Source: Acidobacteriota bacterium (GTDB lineage: Bacteria > Acidobacteriota > UBA890 > WLXD01). Taken from it: 64,000 bases of DNA. The DNA lies in NCBI GenBank assembly GCA_963666055.2, contig CAXWPH010000002.1:160001-224000 (forward strand), written 5' to 3'. This document shows positions 58,894-64,000 of the stretch, one piece after another; positions within the stretch are counted from its first letter, which is position 1, and the number at the start of each line of letters is the position of its first letter. Made by a program: the position numbers and the translations under genes. The notes under the pieces were generated by a model. It saw only the letters and a program-made list of their open reading frames with translations, was not told the origin of the DNA and ran no database searches.

Positions 58894-59087
58894 GGTGTAG
58901 TTGCCTTGCGTTGGCGAGACGTGGCGAGCGCCGACCGCAGTGAGCGCCGAGGGTGGACACGTCGCACGACCCCGACGGAGTTTCTGACAGATTAGCGACA
59001 GCGCGGCGATCCTTATAGGTTCCTGGCGACTGTCTTTCCAGGCTATCAGCGAACACGATCACCGCAAGATAACGGAAGGTAGCGGTA

Positions 59088-60164
59088 GTGCAACAGCGAA
59101 TACCAGCCACGTTCAAGGCTCATGAGGGCACCTATGACCTCGCCGATGACGCCGACTTCATCGAGCTGCTCTATCGCATCCTCCTGGAGCGCCCGGTCGA
59201 CGATCCCGGCAGGAAGTACTACCTCGAGGAACTAAGAACAGGCCGCCTGGATCGTCGAGAATTTCGCGACGAGCTGCTCGGGTCTGACGAGTACCGTTAT
59301 GGAAACAAATTCAACTACCCGTACCGTTACGCACTGGAGGACTTCATCGAGGTCTTCTCGGCCGCCGCGTTCGAGACCTATGTATCCGAGCAGCCTTTCA
59401 GCGACGTGCAGCTGATCGAGTGCGTGAACCCGCGTAAGTGGTTCGAGCCGGAATGGCGGACGATCCTGGGGGAGCTCGGGCTCGATCCGCTGCCACAACT
59501 GATGCACCGCAAGACCTTCGAGTGGGTGCAGACGCTCTACGGCATGCAGGTTCTGGGGCGGCTGCACGAGTCGACTCGATGTCTCGGAGTGGCCAGCGGG
59601 CACGAGGCCGTTCTTTACTGGTTGGCCAACCGCGTTGGCGAGATCGTCGGGACCGATCTGTTCGAGGGCGGCTGGTCAGTCCATATGGCGCGGGAAGGTG
59701 ATCCCGATGTCATCGTCAACGCGTCGAAGTACGCGCCGTTCGCCTACCGTGAGGATCACCTCCACTTCATGAAGATGGACGCGCGCCAGCTCGAGTTCGA
59801 CGACGATCGATTCGACGTGGTGATCTCGCTGTCGTCAATCGAGCACTTCGGGGGCAACGAGGCAGCGGCGCAATCGATGCGCGAAATGGCCCGGGTGTGT
59901 CGTCCGGGCGGGCTGGTTATCGTCGCCACCGAATTGATTCTCAACGATGTGTCGCATGCGGAGTTCTTCAGCATCGACGAGCTGCTGGTGCATCTGGTAG
60001 CGGCGTCGGGGATGAGGCTCATTCAGTTACCAGAGTTCATGCTCCCACGCTACGTTCTCCAGAACCCCTCGGCGATGCCACTCGATACGTACAGGTTCCC
60101 GCACCTGGTGCTCGACAGCGAAGGCTGCATACACACCTCGGTCATTCTGTTTTTCGAGGCGTGA
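59088..60164 (+). CDS. DUF4214 domain + class I SAM-dependent methyltransferase
   Basis: FIELLYRILLER..DDPG..YY...L...LLGSDEY (DUF4214); LGVASG, MDAR.L.F.D..FDVV.SLSSIEH, RVCRPGG. Confidence 0.82.
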   Translation: MQQRIPATFKAHEGTYDLADDADFIELLYRILLERPVDDPGRKYYLEELRTGRLDRREFRDELLGSDEYRYGNKFNYPYRYALEDFIEVFSAAAFETYVSEQPFSDVQLIECVNPRKWFEPEWRTILGELGLDPLPQLMHRKTFEWVQTLYGMQVLGRLHESTRCLGVASGHEAVLYWLANRVGEIVGTDLFEGGWSVHMAREGDPDVIVNASKYAPFAYREDHLHFMKMDARQLEFDDDRFDVVISLSSIEHFGGNEAAAQSMREMARVCRPGGLVIVATELILNDVSHAEFFSIDELLVHLVAASGMRLIQLPEFMLPRYVLQNPSAMPLDTYRFPHLVLDSEGCIHTSVILFFEA

Positions 60165-60336
60165 TGGCAGCCGGCCGGTGTCCGGCGCACCGGTGCACCG
60201 GAAGCGGCGGATAACGGGGGAACTCCGGTGCCGTGTCGGCTTTGGCGCAACGAAGGAACTCGGAGCCGCGGTCGGTGCGCAGGCGTCGCGCGTGAGCACA
60301 ATCGCCGCACAGTCCTGGCTTTATTCCCGAGATCAT
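60142..60336 (-). CDS. Small Cys-rich conserved hypothetical protein
   Basis: GLCGDCAHAR..TDRGS.F.RC....P.FPRYP.LPV..C; four Cys; fills the gap between convergent and divergent genes. Confidence 0.65.
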   Translation of the reverse strand: MISGIKPGLCGDCAHARRLRTDRGSEFLRCAKADTAPEFPRYPPLPVHRCAGHRPAAITPRKTE

Positions 60337-60466
60337 CGCCCCTGCTCCGATCGCCCGGCGAGTAGCGCCCAGGCGAGCTTATCTGCTCCGGGACGAGATT
60401 CGAACAGTGGTCTGTCCCTATAATGGACTGTAGAGCGAGTGCTCCTGACCCCGTGGAGGCGGGCGG

Positions 60467-61165
60467 ATGACCACCATGAGAACGTACATGTGGCGAGCGA
60501 CTTTGGCGGCACTGGTGCTGGCGCTGCTGCTGCCGGCGGCTGCTGAAGGGCAAAAGAAAAAGAAGAAGAAAAAAAAGAGCGCTGGCGCGGCCGTGCAGAA
60601 GACGGTGGCTGTCGAGGTGTTGCCGCTGTTCGACCGCGGTGCGTACTCTGCGGTCGTCGATGCGGTGGATAAGGCGGCTGGTCCGGAGGTTCGTGTTAGC
60701 CCTGACGCGCTGTTCGTCGCGGGTATGAGCCAGGAGGCGATGAGCGCCTTGGGCAGCGCCAGCAGGACATACGCCGGACTCGACAAGCTCGCCAGCAACG
60801 ACCCCTGGCATTACCTGGGGGGATCCGCGGCGGCGTTGGTCGCCGGGGATCTCGATCATGCGTTGAACGCCGCGGTACGTGGCGTCGAGCTAGCCAACGG
60901 TGACAAGGTGGCGCACAAGTACGCGCATTTCCAGCACGGCCGGGTATTGATGGCGCGCCAGGATTTCGCTGCATCGAGCGACGCCTTCATTCGCACGCTG
61001 CAGATCGACGGTCGGTTCGCCTATGCGCATTACTGGGCCGGATTCAGCTACAACAAAACCGGCAACCTGGTGTCGATGACCAATCACTTCGAGCGTTTCC
61101 TGGAGCTGGCACCGGAGGCTCCGGAGCGCCAACAGGTCATGGCGATCCTGGCGGCGATGCGCTGA
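60467..61165 (+). CDS. Secreted TPR protein with N-terminal poly-Lys tract
   Basis: Signal peptide, K8, TPR-like helices (YAHFQHG, FAYAHYWAG, FLELAPEAPE); GGAGG RBS. Confidence 0.8.
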   Translation: MTTMRTYMWRATLAALVLALLLPAAAEGQKKKKKKKKSAGAAVQKTVAVEVLPLFDRGAYSAVVDAVDKAAGPEVRVSPDALFVAGMSQEAMSALGSASRTYAGLDKLASNDPWHYLGGSAAALVAGDLDHALNAAVRGVELANGDKVAHKYAHFQHGRVLMARQDFAASSDAFIRTLQIDGRFAYAHYWAGFSYNKTGNLVSMTNHFERFLELAPEAPERQQVMAILAAMR

Positions 61166-61174
61166 CGACGCCGG

Positions 61175-64000
61175 TCAGAAGATGTGGCCGATGCCGAAAT
61201 GGAAGCGCCCGCCAGGGGCGTCGGGCAGATGTGAAAGGTCGCTGAGGCGCACGCCGTAGTCGAGCCGCAGCGTCAGGTATGGGGTTACCAGCCGTATCCC
61301 CAGCCCGGTCGAGAGCTTCAGTCGTCCCAGGCGTATGTCAGAGGCCGTCGCGAAGGCACTGCCTGCGTCCAGGAAGGCGACGCCGCGAATCCAGCGCCAG
61401 ATCGGAAACCGCGCCTCTTGATTGAGCACCAGAACGGCGTTGCCGCCGGGGACGAAGGTGCCAAAGAAATCTGTGCCGCCAACGGTGCCATCCGGGTAGC
61501 CGCGGAGAGAGGTCGAACCACCGGCTACGAAGCGCTCGCTGCGTGGTAGCTGCGTCGATGTGGGATCGAGACTGATGCCGCTGCCGAAGCGAATCGCGCT
61601 GGCGAAGGTCAGTCGGCCAAGGCTGAAGAACGCATATTGTTTCAAGTGCAGCTTGCGGAACAGTAGCTCCGACCCGAGCCGGGCCGGCGCCCATTCGAGG
61701 CTGGCGCTCTGGAACAGTCCGCGGCTGGGTTCGAGCCGATCGTCGCGGGTATCGTGGATGATCGTCGGCACCAGACGGGCCGAGGTTACCGGCTCGAGTT
61801 GAAAGTCCTGGCCGACCAAGGTCGAACGAGCGCGCTTCAGGCTGTAGCTGTACCCGACCGTCAGCGACGACGACAGGCTGAGGCGTTGCTCCAGGGCGAA
61901 CTCGGTGTTGTCGACGCGGGTGGTGAAGAAGCCCTCGGTCTCGCTGCCTGAGCGCTCGCCGATCAGCGCGGTGCGTACCGGTGCTCCGAAAAGCCCGTGG
62001 AAGCCGAGCACACCGCGAATCAGTCTGTCCTTGCCGCGATAGCGGGCCGTCACACTGAGCTCGGCGGGCAGGCCGAGCAGGGCGCTGTGGCTCACCGTGG
62101 CGGCAACGCCCGCTTGTGTCTCGCGTTGATCCTCTAGGGTTTCGTCGCTCAACAGCTGAACTCCGTAACGTATCCGCAGGCGCGGCTGCTCCTCGACCTC
62201 CACACGCAGGACGACCGGTTGGCGCCCGTTGCTGGCCGGGCCACTATGTTGGACTTCCAGCTTGATGCGCTCGAACACGCCCGTAGCATAGAGGCGCCGC
62301 CTCGCCGCCTGGAGATCGCGCAAGACAAGAGGCGAGCCGCGTCGAGCCCTGACCGCGCCGGCGACGACCGAGCGGCGCACGCGTTCGAGGCCATCGATGC
62401 GCACATCCGTGAGGATCTGCTGCGGCGCTTCGTCGATATGCATCACGACGTCGACGCGGGAAGCTTCCGCGCTAGCCTCAATGGTTGCTCTTACGGTGGT
62501 GCCGTTGTGGCCCCGTTGGAGGTAGGCCTCGAGTACGGCGTCGACAGCCATGGCCAACTCGCCGCGGTCGTAGGCATCGCCGGGCCGCGTTGCCAACACT
62601 TCGCGCAACGCCGCCTCGCCGACTGCCGCATTGCCGGCGAAGCTCACTTGGCCGAGCCGATAGCGATGCCCTTCGTCAATTTCGATGCGCATGCGTGCCT
62701 CGTCGCCGTCGATCTCGGGCCCAGAGGCCTGCACGACGGTGTCAAGCCAACCGCGCTCGACGTAGAGGTCGCGCACGGCGGACGCCAGCGCGTCCTGTTG
62801 TGTCCAATCGGTTGCCGCGAGCCCTTGCTCACGCAAGCGGCGGCGAATGGTGTCCGGGTCCAGGCCGGCGTTGCCGACTATGGCGGATTCACCTCGACGG
62901 TATCGCTCGCCTGGGTCGAAGCGCAGGAGGATCTCCTTGCGGGCTCCATCGGCGATTAGCTCGACAGCCACCGCGGGGCGCACGTGACCGCGCCCAGCCA
63001 GGTAGGCACGCACGATCTGCCGCATGTCTTCGAGAAGGAACTCGGTCAGGACGCTGTCTCCCCACGTCTCGAGCAACTCCTGACGCACGCCGTTCGGCAG
63101 GTTGCCCTCCACCGTGAGCACGGTTTCAGGGCCACGATCGATGGCGTACGTCAGGTCGATGCCGGTGAACGAGCGCGGGTCCGTGCCTGCTGGCGGCGAG
63201 CGGCGGGCTCTGATGTCGACCTCCAGATATCCCCGCCGGTGGTATAGGCGCAACAAGCGGTCGCGGTCCTCCTGCCAGCGGAGGAAGTCGAAGCGATCGC
63301 CTGAGCCGACTCGCAACTCCCGCCGCAGGACATCCGCCGTGTAGCCCGAGCTTCCTTCGAATTGCACCGAGCGTACTCGCGGAGCGGTGCGGCCGGCACT
63401 GGCGCCACGTGTGTCGCCGCCCAGCACCAACTGATGCTGGAGCTCGACTGAGCGCGTGCCGTCGTCGAATGTGCCGCCGCGCAGCGCCAGACCGAAGGGA
63501 AGGCGCAGGGTTCCGATCCAGCTGCGCTCGTCGGTGTTGGTGAGGTTTTGCGAGAACACCAGGTCGAACGTAGTCCCAATGCTCCTGGTAAGCGTGAGAC
63601 GCGAGGTCAGGTCGGTATCGCGCGGAAACAATTCGCTCTGGGCTGCCGCGGCTACGCCGCCGCGCTCGAACCGCACCGACTCGAACCCCAGCTGGCGAAC
63701 CGCACCGGCCAGATACTGGCCGGTGAGTAGGTCGAACGCTTGCTCCGCCAGTACCTCGCGGCCGGCGTTGCCGGCCGCCGCCACAGTGCGTCCGGTGGCC
63801 ATGAGCGACAGCACGTCGCCGGAATCCAGACCGGATTCGGCGCTGGCTTCAACGATGGGGTTGAAGGCGCTGCCGGTGAGCAGAACGCTGATCTGCTCGC
63901 CACCGATCTCGGCACGCGCGGCGATGTTGAGCGTCGGTGCGACGCGGTTGGTCTCGGCGAACTCGATGATTCCTAGATCGACACTGTAGGCGTTGCCGGC
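61175..64000 (-). CDS. TamB(DUF490)-POTRA-Omp85 (TamA/BamA) fusion, N-terminal part outside the window
   Basis: Frame is open from 64000: GIIEF....PTLNI.A.....ISVLLTG....P......L...DVLSL (TamB C-terminus), then about 5 POTRA, GGSTSLRGY and terminal FHFGIGHIF. Confidence 0.88.
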   Translation of the reverse strand, partial: AGNAYSVDLGIIEFAETNRVAPTLNIAARAEIGGEQISVLLTGSAFNPIVEASAESGLDSGDVLSLMATGRTVAAAGNAGREVLAEQAFDLLTGQYLAGAVRQLGFESVRFERGGVAAAAQSELFPRDTDLTSRLTLTRSIGTTFDLVFSQNLTNTDERSWIGTLRLPFGLALRGGTFDDGTRSVELQHQLVLGGDTRGASAGRTAPRVRSVQFEGSSGYTADVLRRELRVGSGDRFDFLRWQEDRDRLLRLYHRRGYLEVDIRARRSPPAGTDPRSFTGIDLTYAIDRGPETVLTVEGNLPNGVRQELLETWGDSVLTEFLLEDMRQIVRAYLAGRGHVRPAVAVELIADGARKEILLRFDPGERYRRGESAIVGNAGLDPDTIRRRLREQGLAATDWTQQDALASAVRDLYVERGWLDTVVQASGPEIDGDEARMRIEIDEGHRYRLGQVSFAGNAAVGEAALREVLATRPGDAYDRGELAMAVDAVLEAYLQRGHNGTTVRATIEASAEASRVDVVMHIDEAPQQILTDVRIDGLERVRRSVVAGAVRARRGSPLVLRDLQAARRRLYATGVFERIKLEVQHSGPASNGRQPVVLRVEVEEQPRLRIRYGVQLLSDETLEDQRETQAGVAATVSHSALLGLPAELSVTARYRGKDRLIRGVLGFHGLFGAPVRTALIGERSGSETEGFFTTRVDNTEFALEQRLSLSSSLTVGYSYSLKRARSTLVGQDFQLEPVTSARLVPTIIHDTRDDRLEPSRGLFQSASLEWAPARLGSELLFRKLHLKQYAFFSLGRLTFASAIRFGSGISLDPTSTQLPRSERFVAGGSTSLRGYPDGTVGGTDFFGTFVPGGNAVLVLNQEARFPIWRWIRGVAFLDAGSAFATASDIRLGRLKLSTGLGIRLVTPYLTLRLDYGVRLSDLSHLPDAPGGRFHFGIGHIF

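Noticed and set aside
1-64000. Prophage, integrase, transposase, CRISPR-cas, rRNA/tRNA
   Set aside because: No supporting motifs or arrays seen.

Overview
This is a high-GC, gene-dense bacterial chromosomal segment. Gene content (VPS10/BNR propeller, DUF4097, Acidobacteria-type GspG-like pilin, TamB-Omp85 fusion, DUF6249/ECF operon) suggests Acidobacteriota, but that assignment is inference. I saw no rRNA, tRNA, CRISPR array or intact transposase. About 55 CDSs cover amino-acid/peptide scavenging and catabolism (archaeal-type AlaDH, ProDH, Leu/Val/Phe DH, D-aminoacylase, Ser/Thr dehydratase, nitrilase, cyanophycinase, PepF, APC and NhaC transporters), envelope functions, efp, udk, tesA-ybbAP, and a cobalamin-riboswitch-controlled Btu-type ABC importer. 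Four features stand out. (1) A 2TM-HAMP protein is fused in frame to a pilin through an internal prepilin-peptidase site. (2) A PP2C phosphatase and a LytS-type kinase carry paralogous copies of the same unusual membrane sensor domain, upstream of a LytTR regulator and a repeat-bearing promoter for a bactofilin-like/ABC/CPBP module. (3) One polypeptide fuses two ATP-cones, a 2-phosphoglycerate kinase and an ApgM-type phosphoglycerate mutase. (4) TamB, about five POTRA domains and an Omp85 barrel are in one chain. Several genes show frameshifts or apparent internal deletions, which could be decay or assembly error. All calls come from motif reading without database searches.
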